Shown here: positions 31,001-40,611 of the stretch, in pieces
Layout of the letters: each line of letters opens with the position of its first letter
How positions within the stretch are numbered: the first letter of the stretch is position 1
Assembly: GCA_002505695.1 (NCBI GenBank)
Contig: DAVU01000013.1
Location: forward strand, 95,852 to 159,851
Direction of reading: 5' to 3'
Origin: Euryarchaeota archaeon UBA487
GTDB taxonomy: Archaea; Thermoplasmatota; Poseidoniia; Poseidoniales; Thalassarchaeaceae
DNA length: 64,000 nucleotides
Notes under the pieces: generated by a model
The model's input: only the letters and a program-made list of their open reading frames with translations
Databases searched by the model: none
What the model was told of the DNA's origin: nothing
Translations under genes and position numbers: made by a program

Positions 31001-32438
31001 ATCCTAAGTGAGTCCAGTTCTCAGCTAGATTCACAGCGGCCGTGGCGTCTACCATTCCAAATCCGTAATAATGGCTGACCGGTAGTCCGGCTCCGTTTAC
31101 AGACCAGTTTTCATGATTGATGTCGTTTGGTGTCGAGGAGTGTACCAATATTGCTTGCACATCTCGCCAGGTTAACGTTGGGTCTGCCTCCAAGATCAAA
31201 GCGGTCAGACCAGCAACCTTCGGTCCTGATGATGAAGTACCTCCAAAGTCGTCAGTATAGTTCGTTGTACTGTATCCCACACTTCCAGTCCTATCGGCAG
31301 TGGTTATACCCAATGGACCGCCATTTGATGGGCCCACTACCAATACCGGTGCGCCTATGCTTGAATACCAGGATTGTTCACCGTTGTATGTTATAGCTCC
31401 AATTGCGATTGTATACCTTGAATTCTGATATCCTTTTTGATTCACGTTTTCATCCGTTGTATACTCATTCCCTGCTGAGAATGTGAAAATATTTCCTAGA
31501 GATGATCTCCCTTCGTATACCCCTGACTCCAACATGGCTGTTTGACTGGGGCCTAGACCTACAAAACCAGCACCGCCATAGCCCCACGAATTGTGATAGA
31601 TGTCGATGTCCTGATTGAAATCTGACAATGCCGGGATTGAATTGCCGCCACAAAGAAACCTAGCATGATTATGGTTAGCACCCCATGCTACACCGGCTAT
31701 TCCTATGCCATTATTTCCTACTCCTGCTGCCACACCAGAAACAGCGGTGCCATGGTTGTCACTCGCCTCCACCGGATTCGGATCTGGGTCGTTATCACAA
31801 TAGTCATAGGATGTAGTTGAGTCATAAGTTGCTTGAAGATCCTCATGTGTGGTATCCATTCCATCGTCGACAACCCTAATCAGAACGCCAGACCCATTGT
31901 ACCTATCCCAAGCCCCTGTTATGTTCAAGTCAACGCCGGGCACGGAGTTGTGTTGTCCAGTGTTGATCAGGTGCCATTGATCGGGTATCATTGGATCATT
32001 TGGGACCCCCATAGGAACGGGCTCGAGGAAATCATACAACGGTGAATATAACTCGATTTCACCATTTCTTTGTAGTGTTTCAAGCTCTCTTTCATCAACA
32101 AATCCCTCGGGAATTACGTAAACGTCCTCAAGGAATGCATCAGGGATCACGGACTCGGAGGGGATGGTTTTCGACAACGATTTGGGATTTGTCGTCACGA
32201 TGGTCCATCCAATATGTTCAACCTCGGTGCCCATATGTTCGAGGGAGGCCCTCTCTCGCGCAAAGGACCATTGCAATTCAGTGGAAAGAGCATCAATAAT
32301 CGGTGTGGAGTGGTCGAAAAGCGAGTTTTTTTCCTCAGTTTCTTCGTTTGAACTAATCTGAGCATGTGCAGCCGGTGCGATTATACTCGAAATCATCAGC
32401 AAGACAAGGAGGCTGGACAAGGCACTTCGGGTCTTCAT
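28056..32438 (-). CDS. Membrane-anchored kexin/furin-like S8 serine protease with P domain and thrombospondin type-3-like repeats
   Basis: Signal peptide; VVDDG, HGT, SAGN, GTSSS catalytic motifs; YYGFG; P domain; many DxDxDG..D..D.FP repeats; C-terminal TM. Confidence 0.93.
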   Translation of the reverse strand: MKTRSALSSLLVLLMISSIIAPAAHAQISSNEETEEKNSLFDHSTPIIDALSTELQWSFARERASLEHMGTEVEHIGWTIVTTNPKSLSKTIPSESVIPDAFLEDVYVIPEGFVDERELETLQRNGEIELYSPLYDFLEPVPMGVPNDPMIPDQWHLINTGQHNSVPGVDLNITGAWDRYNGSGVLIRVVDDGMDTTHEDLQATYDSTTSYDYCDNDPDPNPVEASDNHGTAVSGVAAGVGNNGIGIAGVAWGANHNHARFLCGGNSIPALSDFNQDIDIYHNSWGYGGAGFVGLGPSQTAMLESGVYEGRSSLGNIFTFSAGNEYTTDENVNQKGYQNSRYTIAIGAITYNGEQSWYSSIGAPVLVVGPSNGGPLGITTADRTGSVGYSTTNYTDDFGGTSSSGPKVAGLTALILEADPTLTWRDVQAILVHSSTPNDINHENWSVNGAGLPVSHYYGFGMVDATAAVNLAENWTHLGSEVNVSSPLYTPSVNIPSTGSPLSFSHTVTDMVSIESVELYMDIDHDDPGDLIITLTSPSGYTSILADTNPADYGNMRYHKMVSMHHFDEISSGTWTVEVIDVNPTSSNGTVNDWQLVIHGTDADADGDGWSDEEENLCGSLLNDPNSTPLDSDNDGTCDAMDDDIDGDTWSNVSELICGTDPYNPLSIPIADTDSDGMCDDIDMDDDGDGVEDNMDAFPLDDQAWQDTDGDGKADETYKPVCCNFQTDDFEDPNLNSTFQWDLGTGTPWYNQNLTSNSGSYSLRSGSISDSSMSSISLVIATEGAAGSFAFKVDSESNYDFLEFYIDGTQVESWSGDIDWTNHSFMLTQGTHTLRWTYNKDVTVSNGLDAAWIDDIVLPTSLYMTNPEITDFGTHRDHDDDNDGVLDDYDHFPLDDTESSDWDGDGLGDNSDYDDDNDGWIDIIESQCGTDPMNNTSVPSDFDQDSVCDVIDPDDDNDGYPDTEDSFPFNSTEWVDTDSDGIGNNLDLDDDNDGFNDTADAFPLNPAEWDDLDGDGIGSNEDSDDDGDGVLDLNDAFPDNPLETTDTDSDGIGDNADSDDDDDGVLDDEDAFPLDSSETLDTDSDGLGNNADSDDDGDGVSDSLDLFPLNSSEWADYDSDGIGDNADSDDDDDGVLDDEDAFPLDSSETLDTDSDGLGNNADSDDDGDGVQDLQDAFPLDSLETIDTDSDGVGDNSDSDDDGDGVPDEQDAFPKSPAESIDTDGDGLGNNADTDDDGDGTLDDDDAFPLNSNESSDFDLDGIGDNADTDDDDDGVTDSNDACPTTTSLMDSVDSSGCAAQQRDTDSDGVSDDQDADDDGDGWLDQEEITCGTSSTDASSTPVDTDSDQICNVIDDDDDGDGVIDSEDAFPLDPFETSDFDMDGVGDNEDSDDDNDGVLDSSDAYPFDSTRTFDEGVLMATVSMGSILITGLLASSVMSSRNHRNKPQNQDIQGMIEALER
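28933..29297. repeat. Near-identical 155-bp intragenic duplication (28933-29087 and 29143-29297) in the TSP3-repeat region
   Basis: Direct comparison shows two mismatches (28983/29193 and 29058/29268). The 210-bp offset equals two 35-aa repeat units. Confidence 0.9.
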
Positions 32439-32524
32439 AGTTCCAATGACTGACTTCAATGATTTAATTGGTGTTCTTATTTGATAGCAAGTCGGGCGAT
32501 TAGTGACCGGAAATAACACCGATG

Positions 32525-32609
32525 TGGTGCAGGCGGCAGGATTCGAACCTGCGAAGCACTATGCAGCGGATCTTGAGCCCGCCCCCTTTGACCACTCGGG
32601 TACACCTGC
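32525..32609 (-). tRNA. tRNA-Leu(CAA)
   Basis: Acceptor stem GCAGGTG/CGCCTGC, anticodon arm GCGGG-CTCAAGA-TCCGC, variable arm, GGTTCGAATCC T-loop, encoded CCA, no intron. Confidence 0.96.
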
Positions 32610-32667
32610 ATCCCTAGGAGGGCTGTTGCATTATTTAGTTCGACGGAAGAGGGAAATTACAACGGGG

Positions 32668-32702
32668 CATTCAAGGAATCATTCAAGGAATCATTCAAGG
32701 AT
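32668..32702. repeat. 12-bp tandem repeat (CATTCAAGGAAT) x ~3 in the tRNA-Leu/GINS intergenic region
   Basis: cattcaaggaat-cattcaaggaat-cattcaaggat read directly from the sequence. Confidence 0.92.
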
Positions 32703-32723
32703 CGCTTACTCAAGCGCGACACT

Positions 32724-33566
32724 ATGAGCAAGTTGGAGAAGGGCGAGGAACACAACTTGACTCCAGGTGAACTCGATAGGATTGAGAAGGCAATCTTTGA
32801 GATAGCACGCCAACAGAGGGGAAAATTAGTCCCGGTCACATTGCCATTCCCTGATTTTTGGAGCCGTGTTGGACAATTGATAATTCATCTCGAGCAGGAT
32901 ATAGACAATATGCGTCGAGAAGGTGCAGGGAGCGCCCGTCTGTCAACCGCTACAAGAAGGCTATCAAACATCAGGACGCAGTTGCGAAATTTGGCCAATT
33001 TAAGATTGAGCGCACTCACCAGCAATGCAGTGGTGGATTCGTTGTTGGGTCAGGGTAAGGATGGGTTTAGCAAAACAGGCAAATCAATAGACTGGTCGAA
33101 GATGGATGTAAAGGAGAGGATTTTTCACTCTGAGGTCTCAATCGCCGTCGACAAATTTCGACGAGTCGTTTCATGGAATTTACTCATGGGCATAGAGGAA
33201 AAGATCGGGAGTAATCCCGTTGGTGTTCCTGAACTGGCTGTTTTTGACGACGTTGAATCAGGGGAATTAGCACCGTTGCCTGATCCCATTAGAAAAAGTT
33301 TCGATAGTTGGGATGATCCTGACATGGACGAGGAGGATAGGATTAGGGCGATAGATGCAGGATATTTTGAGGCTCCTGCTCCACCTACGCCTGTTGCAAA
33401 CGAACCACAATTGGTACGAGTTAGAATAATTGAGAGCAGTGAGGACCCTATCATCGATGAAGATGGACGAGAAATTAGTATAATCAAGGGTGAGTTCTGC
33501 GAGTGCTCGCAGAAGATGAGCGAGACTCTGATCTCAATAGGCTTGGCAGAACCTGTTGACCCTTAA
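32724..33566 (+). CDS. Probable GINS (Gins51/15-type) replication protein
   Basis: Helical A domain, acidic linker, then C-terminal B-domain pattern VRVRIIE...IDEDGREI.I.KGE......SETLISIGLAEPV. Confidence 0.7.
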   Translation: MSKLEKGEEHNLTPGELDRIEKAIFEIARQQRGKLVPVTLPFPDFWSRVGQLIIHLEQDIDNMRREGAGSARLSTATRRLSNIRTQLRNLANLRLSALTSNAVVDSLLGQGKDGFSKTGKSIDWSKMDVKERIFHSEVSIAVDKFRRVVSWNLLMGIEEKIGSNPVGVPELAVFDDVESGELAPLPDPIRKSFDSWDDPDMDEEDRIRAIDAGYFEAPAPPTPVANEPQLVRVRIIESSEDPIIDEDGREISIIKGEFCECSQKMSETLISIGLAEPVDP

Positions 33567-33606
33567 ACGAGGAATGACCAAATGCCTCTGAGTCGGATAG
33601 GTGTCC

Positions 33607-34983
33607 ATGTCGAGTGATGGTTCCGTAAGCATGGAAATGATTCAACGCCTGAGAGAAGGATTTTCTCAAGACCCAACAAATAAGATCCTACAGAACGCAC
33701 TGAGTAACGGACACTTGATCGACGTCGCATTGGACAGGGATATCGTCCAGAGTACAGACTCCTCTTTCAGCAAGAAATTGGATAGTTGGACTGCAACAAA
33801 TCAAAGATCAAGTGGAAGATGTTGGCTTTTTGCTGCTTTGAACCTCTTCAGACCCGGAGCAATGGAAATGATGAACATGAAGGATTTTGAATTCAGCCAA
33901 GCACACATACATTTCTGGGATAAGTTCGAGCGGTCCAATTGCTTTCTCGAATCTATGATTGAAATGGGGAATAGGGACATTGGGGATCGTACCGTCCACT
34001 TTCTTTTGAGCGATCCTATCGGAGATGGAGGTCAGTGGAATATGGCCATGAATTTGATTCGTAAGCATGGATTAGTTCCAAAGTCAGCATTCCCTGAATC
34101 CAAATCTAGTAGTGCCACCAGGTGGATGAATGCGAGCCTGAAGGATCTCCTGCGATCCTCCGCCTGCGAGCTAAGAGGTATGATCTCTAACGATGTCGGC
34201 CTTGAGGAGGTCCGAGCTAGGAAAACAGAGATGGTTGGGAATGTATGGAGATTATTGTGTATGCACCTCGGGACGCCGCCTGAGAGATTTAGCTGGCAGT
34301 GGAGAGACAAGGATGACGTTTTCCACAGAAAAGGAGAAATGACTCCATTGGAGTTTTCCTCGCAGTTCGTCAGCGTTGAATGGGATGACTATGTGTGCCT
34401 TGTTCACGACCCTAGAAATGACATGTACAAGACCTATACCGTGGACAGATTGCAAAACGTAGCCGGCGGGCCACCTGTGGTGTACCTGAATGTCCCAATT
34501 GAGGAAATGAAGAGGATCACGATGGAGATAATCGAAGATGGGGTCCCTGTTTGGATGGGTTGTGATGTTGGGAAACAAATGCACAGGAAGCGGGGCTTAT
34601 GGGATTCAAATTTGTATGACCTGCAAGGGTTGTATGGATTCGAGTATGGTATGAGTAAGCGTGATCGACTAATTCATGGTCAGACTGTGATGACGCACGC
34701 AATGCTGTTCACTGGGGTTGACGTGGTCGATGGGTCCCCACGAAGGTGGAGAGTAGAGAACTCATGGGGGACAAAGGAAAGCGGGGACAAGGGATTCTTC
34801 ACGATGAATGATAACTGGTTCGATGATTACATGTTTGAGATTGCCTCACCCACTTCAAAACTATCTGAGGAGATGAGAAAAGGGCTCGAAACAAGTGCAA
34901 CTATGCTACCAGCGTGGGACCCCATGGGATCACTAGCCAGGAGAGGGGGCTTATTCAGGCAATCAAGCGAGATTTCGCAGTGA
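33607..34983 (+). CDS. pepC: Aminopeptidase C / bleomycin hydrolase (peptidase C1B)
   Basis: NQRSSGRCWLFA, DGGQW, MTHAM, WRVENSWG, WDPMGSLA. Confidence 0.96.
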   Translation: MSSDGSVSMEMIQRLREGFSQDPTNKILQNALSNGHLIDVALDRDIVQSTDSSFSKKLDSWTATNQRSSGRCWLFAALNLFRPGAMEMMNMKDFEFSQAHIHFWDKFERSNCFLESMIEMGNRDIGDRTVHFLLSDPIGDGGQWNMAMNLIRKHGLVPKSAFPESKSSSATRWMNASLKDLLRSSACELRGMISNDVGLEEVRARKTEMVGNVWRLLCMHLGTPPERFSWQWRDKDDVFHRKGEMTPLEFSSQFVSVEWDDYVCLVHDPRNDMYKTYTVDRLQNVAGGPPVVYLNVPIEEMKRITMEIIEDGVPVWMGCDVGKQMHRKRGLWDSNLYDLQGLYGFEYGMSKRDRLIHGQTVMTHAMLFTGVDVVDGSPRRWRVENSWGTKESGDKGFFTMNDNWFDDYMFEIASPTSKLSEEMRKGLETSATMLPAWDPMGSLARRGGLFRQSSEISQ

Positions 34984-35292
34984 GAGTTCTATTGTGACAG
35001 AGTCTGGTATGGGGATTCTTAGGACCTGCCTAAGAGCAGTTTCATCTTTCGCGGTGTTCGTGACTAGTTCCAAGAGTCTCTTGTGTATCCGCATCTCCCA
35101 ATGGTCGTAGGTCTCAGAACCTTCTCCCGAGGGGGCTTTCCTGCAGGGAACGACCAACTTTCGTGTTGGTAGTGGGATAGGTCCTCTGAGCTTGACGCCG
35201 GATTCATCGGATATCCTCTTTATCTGAGTGCAGACAGTGTCCACGTCCTCGTGATTTTCCCCGGTCAACTTGATAGTGGTGACGACTGGCAT
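34963..35292 (-). CDS. rpsJ: 30S ribosomal protein S10 (uS10)
   Basis: GPIPLPT, RKAPSGEGSETYDHWEMRIHKRL; SD GAGGTGA upstream; directly downstream of tuf. Confidence 0.97.
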   Translation of the reverse strand: MPVVTTIKLTGENHEDVDTVCTQIKRISDESGVKLRGPIPLPTRKLVVPCRKAPSGEGSETYDHWEMRIHKRLLELVTNTAKDETALRQVLRIPIPDSVTIELSLRNLA

Positions 35293-35317
35293 CCAGTAAT
35301 CACCTCAGTTCCCAGTT

Positions 35318-36601
35318 TCAAGCCTTCTTCTCAATCTTGGCGCATACGCCAGCCGCTACGGTCTTACCCATGTCGCGTATGGCGAATCTTGATAGTTCTG
35401 GGAACGCATCTTGTTGCTCTATTGCCATTGGCTTCGTAGGTTGGAACCTTACTAAGGCGGCATCGCCAGACTTCAGGAAGGCAGGGGTCTCCCCCGTCTT
35501 CAGATTCTTTACGAGTTCGACGAACCTGACCGCTACTTGCGCGGTGTGTGCGTGGAAGACGGGCGTGTACCCCACACCTACAGCCTTTGGTATGTCCATT
35601 ATCTGTATGTTGCCCAAGAAGGTCTCGTCGTGTCTGACGAAGGTAGGGGGATTATCTTGGTATCCTGCGATGTCCCCCCTTCGGATGTCTGTGACTGCTA
35701 GACCCCTAACGTTGAATCCTACGTTGTCTCCAGGCTCGGCTCTGTCGACCTGTGTGTGGTGCATCTCGATGCTCTTCACTTCAGCAGATTTCTGACTTGG
35801 GTTGAATACTACCGTCTTTCCTGGGTTCAAAACCCCGGTCTCTATCTTTCCAACTGGGACTGTTCCTATTCCGCCGATCTTGTAGACGTCTTGGATGGGC
35901 AGCCTTAGTGGACGGTCCGTTGGCTTAGGTGGCATTGTGATCGCGTCGATGGCCTCGAAGAGCGTTGGGCCTTTGTACCACGACATGTTGTCACTCTTGT
36001 TGTATATGTTCTCGCCATTCTGTGATGAGCCTGCGATGAAGTTTACATCGTTGGGCTTGAAGCCTGCCATCTTGAGCAGATTGGAGACCTCGGTCTTTAC
36101 TTCGTTGTACTTTGATTCTTGGTAATCGACCCCGCTGATGTCCATCTTGTTGATGTTCACTATCAGTTGTGTGACACCGAGGACTCTCGCTAGGAAAGCG
36201 TGTTCCTTGGTCTGTGCGTTCACACCGTCGTTGGCAGCAACGACAAGAACTGCGGCATCTGCCTGGCTTGTGCCTGTGATCATATTCTTCACGAAGTCTC
36301 TGTGCCCGGGTGCATCAATGACGGTGAAGTAGTAGTTAGGGGTGTAGAACTCCTTGTGGGCTACGTCGATGGTGATTCCGCGCTCTCTCTCTTCTTTCAG
36401 GCCATCCATGACATATGCCAATCCGAAGCCAGCTTTCCCCGACTCGCTCGCGAGCTTCTCATTCTTGTCGATCACGTGCTGTTCAATATGACCGCTGTCT
36501 AATAGCAGTCTTCCGACAGTCGTTGACTTTCCGTGGTCGACGTGACCAATGAATACGATATTTAGATGCGGCTTGCTTTTATCTTCCCACTGTGAACCCA
36601 T
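35318..36601 (-). CDS. tuf: Elongation factor 1-alpha
   Basis: [39 protein letters not shown]; GAGGTG SD upstream of ATG 36601. Confidence 0.98.
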   Translation of the reverse strand: MGSQWEDKSKPHLNIVFIGHVDHGKSTTVGRLLLDSGHIEQHVIDKNEKLASESGKAGFGLAYVMDGLKEERERGITIDVAHKEFYTPNYYFTVIDAPGHRDFVKNMITGTSQADAAVLVVAANDGVNAQTKEHAFLARVLGVTQLIVNINKMDISGVDYQESKYNEVKTEVSNLLKMAGFKPNDVNFIAGSSQNGENIYNKSDNMSWYKGPTLFEAIDAITMPPKPTDRPLRLPIQDVYKIGGIGTVPVGKIETGVLNPGKTVVFNPSQKSAEVKSIEMHHTQVDRAEPGDNVGFNVRGLAVTDIRRGDIAGYQDNPPTFVRHDETFLGNIQIMDIPKAVGVGYTPVFHAHTAQVAVRFVELVKNLKTGETPAFLKSGDAALVRFQPTKPMAIEQQDAFPELSRFAIRDMGKTVAAGVCAKIEKKA

Positions 36602-36706
36602 GTTGTACACCTCTAGGTGAGCCGGCGACTTGAGGTGTGTATTTGAACCTCACCCCCCAGAGCAAATACAAAACAACGCCAATTTGGTACCTGAAAGTAG
36701 CCGGAA

Positions 36707-37867
36707 CTACCTATATTGGAGTTCAATTATCAACGAGTTTATCTTGGTGTTATGACTTTCATCATTGGTCAAATCGACGGACCAAGTATCGGCTTGAAAT
36801 GCCCGTATTGTTGAGCCGCTGACGACCTGCCAAACGCAGTACTCGTCGGACTGGCAGTCTCCTGCATCGCGATTTTCGTTCTCGATCTGGGTGGTGTTGG
36901 ATACTTCTTTTTCTTGGGTAGTGGTGTTGTACAGGAACAGATCGAGTTTGTTGGCTGTGGTTGCACCGCCGGTGAAAATTGGCTGGTCATCGTCTTCTTG
37001 TGGATATTCTAATTTCACCCTAAGGTACCGAATTCTGTCTTTCCCATCTGCCTCGTATGTGACTGGGAATTCCCATGCCATTTCTACGGGATCATTAATG
37101 CTAGCGTCAATGATAAAGTCCTTCCACTCACCTCTGTAGTTGACATAGATCATCATCTCGTCACTGTCGGTAAGGCCGTTGCTCGAGGTCACTGTCAATT
37201 TCACCTCAAAGGCGCCACCTGTTTTTTCGAATGAAATTGACTGGCCTGTCGCGTCGTTGTCGTTGTCCGTTATACCATCGCCATCTGAGTCGTCCGTGGT
37301 GTCCAGATCCCACTCCCATTTGTCGATGTAATCAATCCCGCCCGCATCAGATGAGGAACCGTCGACTTCTACGGTGGTGGTGAAGTCGACTGACCTATCT
37401 CCCTCGTCCTTGTCTTCGTCACAGACCCAGATCAGGACAAAGTCTCCATTCGGGGGTTCCTCCCCGTCACAATCATCCATTTTATCCCCGGATATCAGGG
37501 CAGTTGGCTTCTTTGCAGTGGATTCAATTACTGTAATGTTCTTTGTCAGTGTAGTTTCGTAGTTCCCATCGGCTACGGTTAGGGCGATGCTGAAAGTGCC
37601 CGTCGATGTGTAAGCATGGCTTGTTGTAAGTCCCGTGCCTACATTTCCATCCCCGAAGTTCCAAGTAAATGTCAGGGAGTCCCCGTCTGGATCTGAGCTT
37701 CCCGCCGCACTGAATGTCACAGTGTCCCCTTCTCGTACTGTTCCTGAGGGATCTATGTTCATTTGAGCTGTTGGCGCATCATTCAATCCGAGGGTGGCTA
37801 GGCAGCCCCCTGTAGCGGAGACTGCCATTATCAGCGCCACAATTGTGGCCCTCAGCACTGCGACCAT
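36707..37867 (-). CDS. PKD-domain (lipo)protein
   Basis: Lipobox-like ATGGC; SSDPDGDSLTFTWNFGDG PKD motif; second PKD-like unit WEWDLD. Confidence 0.85.
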   Translation of the reverse strand: MVAVLRATIVALIMAVSATGGCLATLGLNDAPTAQMNIDPSGTVREGDTVTFSAAGSSDPDGDSLTFTWNFGDGNVGTGLTTSHAYTSTGTFSIALTVADGNYETTLTKNITVIESTAKKPTALISGDKMDDCDGEEPPNGDFVLIWVCDEDKDEGDRSVDFTTTVEVDGSSSDAGGIDYIDKWEWDLDTTDDSDGDGITDNDNDATGQSISFEKTGGAFEVKLTVTSSNGLTDSDEMMIYVNYRGEWKDFIIDASINDPVEMAWEFPVTYEADGKDRIRYLRVKLEYPQEDDDQPIFTGGATTANKLDLFLYNTTTQEKEVSNTTQIENENRDAGDCQSDEYCVWQVVSGSTIRAFQADTWSVDLTNDESHNTKINSLIIELQYR

Positions 37868-37915
37868 GCTCTGTCTCCAGAAGTGGTTGGAAATGAATCC
37901 TGCGATTCTATGTTT

Positions 37916-40513
37916 CTAGAAATCAAAGAGGGATTGTTGCCGAGAACCCTGGATTAGGTCGCGTTCGCTCCAATTAAATGCCTCAGTGATCCTGCCAAGG
38001 GCTGTTGCCAACCTTCTAGCATAGTAATCTGGGTCGTATTCTGGAGGATCGTCCCCGAGTTCTTCAGTGAGCCACGCTTTGACCTGCATTGGGGACGACT
38101 TCGCATTCGTGACCACATACCCGACCTTCATCCCGGGGGTAAAGCCCAGACCACGCTCAATCCTTTGTTTTGCGGCCCTCACATAGGGTAAACCATCAGG
38201 ATTTGAGTAAACCGAAAAATCGACCGAGCCGTCTTTCCTTATCTTGCCCTTGCAAGAACGGCTGATTACGAGGTCTGCGACATCGACTCTACCCATCTTC
38301 ACGTCTTCTATTGTTTTCCTAGTTCGATCGACTGCAAATTCCTCCTTCCCCTCAAGTATTTTCTCGAATAACATGGTCATGGTTGAGGTTAGAAGTTTGA
38401 AAGAATCCGTCCTCCGAACCTCATAGCCGCGTATTAACATCTCTTCCCTCGGCCATACAACTCTCCCAACATACCTTTTCTTAGCGCCATGCGAAAAGAA
38501 TGCTGACATAGCAGTCTCAAACTCCAGCTCTGCCCCCTCTTTGGAATATTTCGATGCGAGTCTTCTGCCAAAACTTATGGTATCATTCCGTGCCCTTTCC
38601 CAATTTTTCAGATCGGGGTCGTTTTCCATCGGCTTGCTTATCGGCGAATCCTCCACGTCCATTGTCTTGACGAAAATGGAGTCCGTATCTGAGTAAACCA
38701 CATCGTATCCGTCGTCCCCCAAGTCAGCGATGATTGACTTGATGTTGTATCTGGCCCACTCCGTTATGCTTGCTCCGATGTCTTTGTGCGTGAAGCGATA
38801 GAACGAGCTTGCAAACACCCCATAAAACGAGTTCATAAGGATCTTGACTGCGAATTGTAGCTTGTCATTCAGGAAGGCAGATTGTTCATCCCCGCTGGAT
38901 CTTGCCTGTTTCGATGAATTCTTGTAATCATCCCTCTGTTTCATCAGGTCTGAAAGTAGTCTTGGGACCAACCCCCTTCTAACGCCGACTGATCGATATC
39001 TTGTCCCTGTTGAAGGTGAGACCATGTCATCGTTCAATGACTTACCATCCTCGACGAGTGTGGTTGAACAGATGTTGTTGGCTATCATTATGGATGGGTA
39101 CATTGATTTGAAATCCAGGACCGCGATCCACGATCTCAGTCCCGGCTCCACCTCATGAACATAACCTCCTGCGATTTGCTCCCCCCTGCGAATCTGACGA
39201 GTGGTCGGCACTGCCACATTTTCTCTATCTGCTAATCTGATCACAAGTGAGTCTATCCACTGACTGGTCGTCTCGGTGGCAGCCGTTGAGAAACTGGTTT
39301 TGGCAACCGAAGCAAGTGCCTCTTTTTCTTGGACCGATTGAAGGTGACTGAGTATGTCAAGAGGCAAGTAAGTGTCTCTCAAACAATATCGGATGACCTC
39401 CATGGGTCTTTTTGCCCACTCCTCGTCCATTCTGCTTGCATCCACATCCAATTTCTTCATTTCTTCGTTGTCTGGCCAGATTAGGGCCGTCACGAATCGT
39501 AGCGATTCCCGTTCGGGCCTGAGTGTCTGTCGGGCTTGCCACCATGCATCCATTGGAACTCTTCCCGCAATACTCCATGTTCGGTTTTGGCCACGATTGG
39601 GAATGGTTCTTCTTGAGTTCTCATTTAATGGGACTCGACCCCAACCAAAAAGTTCCGGTCTTTCCCCCTTTCCAACGAGGTGTTCGGTTCTCTCGAGAAT
39701 TCTTGGGAGGTCGAAGTTATCTATGTTGTATCCAGTGATCACATCGGGATCTTGTTCTCTCACCAATCTACAAATTGGTTTCAGGATGTCTTCGATCTCA
39801 TTTCCATGAAAAGTGTGCTCTGCACGGGCTCCATCTCTCTCCACGACCACGGCAGCGCACAGAATCCTGTTTGTGGAGATGCTTGTTTCCAAGTCTATGG
39901 AAAGGGTGACCATTGGTGCTTGGAAAGGCTCACATGAGCTTAGATCATCGATTTCTGCCTCGATTATCATATCCACTGGATAGAGGCCCCGACCACCAAC
40001 TGATAGGATGGCTTCCTCTGCATCACGATCATCTTTGTACGGGGATGTAGCGCCCTCCGGTGCTCTGTCTCCGCAGAACATTATTTTGCCTTTCACAGAT
40101 ATGTGAGGGCCAAGATCCAAATCATACATCAGGCGTTTGTGGAATTGTATATCGGCGCTTGTCACCGTCCACTCAGCTCTAAGTTGGTCACGAAGTCTCG
40201 CTACTACAGTCGTATCCCTAACCATCACTCTCCAATGTGGTTTCTCTCCCCGGGAGGTCCATTTGATGACAGGAGGGAGGATTTCCGTGACACTGGAGAG
40301 ATTCAGGACATCTTGAATGTCAGTCTGAGAGCCCTCTCTGCCTCCCTTCTTGGGGGAGATCTCAATGTAAGGCCGCATCCCATTGACGAGAACAAGTGCT
40401 GAGTGTCCGTTTTTCGATCGGCACCACAGCTCAACAACAGTGTTGGAGTCTCCCCACGATCGATTGTCGGCGGAAATAATGCACAACTCATCCTCCCAGA
40501 GGCCTGCGACCAT
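37916..40513 (-). CDS. polB: Family B DNA polymerase
   Basis: Exo I SIDLET, Exo II GYNIDNFD, Exo III YCLRD; DFKSMYPS, KILMNSFYG, YSDTDS. Start 40513 chosen from the promoter box (40567 also possible). Confidence 0.96.
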   Translation of the reverse strand: MVAGLWEDELCIISADNRSWGDSNTVVELWCRSKNGHSALVLVNGMRPYIEISPKKGGREGSQTDIQDVLNLSSVTEILPPVIKWTSRGEKPHWRVMVRDTTVVARLRDQLRAEWTVTSADIQFHKRLMYDLDLGPHISVKGKIMFCGDRAPEGATSPYKDDRDAEEAILSVGGRGLYPVDMIIEAEIDDLSSCEPFQAPMVTLSIDLETSISTNRILCAAVVVERDGARAEHTFHGNEIEDILKPICRLVREQDPDVITGYNIDNFDLPRILERTEHLVGKGERPELFGWGRVPLNENSRRTIPNRGQNRTWSIAGRVPMDAWWQARQTLRPERESLRFVTALIWPDNEEMKKLDVDASRMDEEWAKRPMEVIRYCLRDTYLPLDILSHLQSVQEKEALASVAKTSFSTAATETTSQWIDSLVIRLADRENVAVPTTRQIRRGEQIAGGYVHEVEPGLRSWIAVLDFKSMYPSIMIANNICSTTLVEDGKSLNDDMVSPSTGTRYRSVGVRRGLVPRLLSDLMKQRDDYKNSSKQARSSGDEQSAFLNDKLQFAVKILMNSFYGVFASSFYRFTHKDIGASITEWARYNIKSIIADLGDDGYDVVYSDTDSIFVKTMDVEDSPISKPMENDPDLKNWERARNDTISFGRRLASKYSKEGAELEFETAMSAFFSHGAKKRYVGRVVWPREEMLIRGYEVRRTDSFKLLTSTMTMLFEKILEGKEEFAVDRTRKTIEDVKMGRVDVADLVISRSCKGKIRKDGSVDFSVYSNPDGLPYVRAAKQRIERGLGFTPGMKVGYVVTNAKSSPMQVKAWLTEELGDDPPEYDPDYYARRLATALGRITEAFNWSERDLIQGSRQQSLFDF

Positions 40514-40611
40514 GCCCCCTTGAAGAGGGGCTATTGATTCAATTCTTGTCGTGCGAGTTTTTCCCATGATTAGCCGGAAGCGTTGAATGCCTCCTTGCTT
40601 GGAGTACCAAT

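Noticed and set aside
26796-32525. Genomic island integrated at tRNA-Leu
   Set aside because: I found no duplicated tRNA 3' end and no integrase nearby.
32668-32702. CRISPR array
   Set aside because: 12-bp units with no spacers and no cas genes.
37916-40513. Intein or inactivated PolB
   Set aside because: Length is normal and all exonuclease and polymerase motifs are intact.
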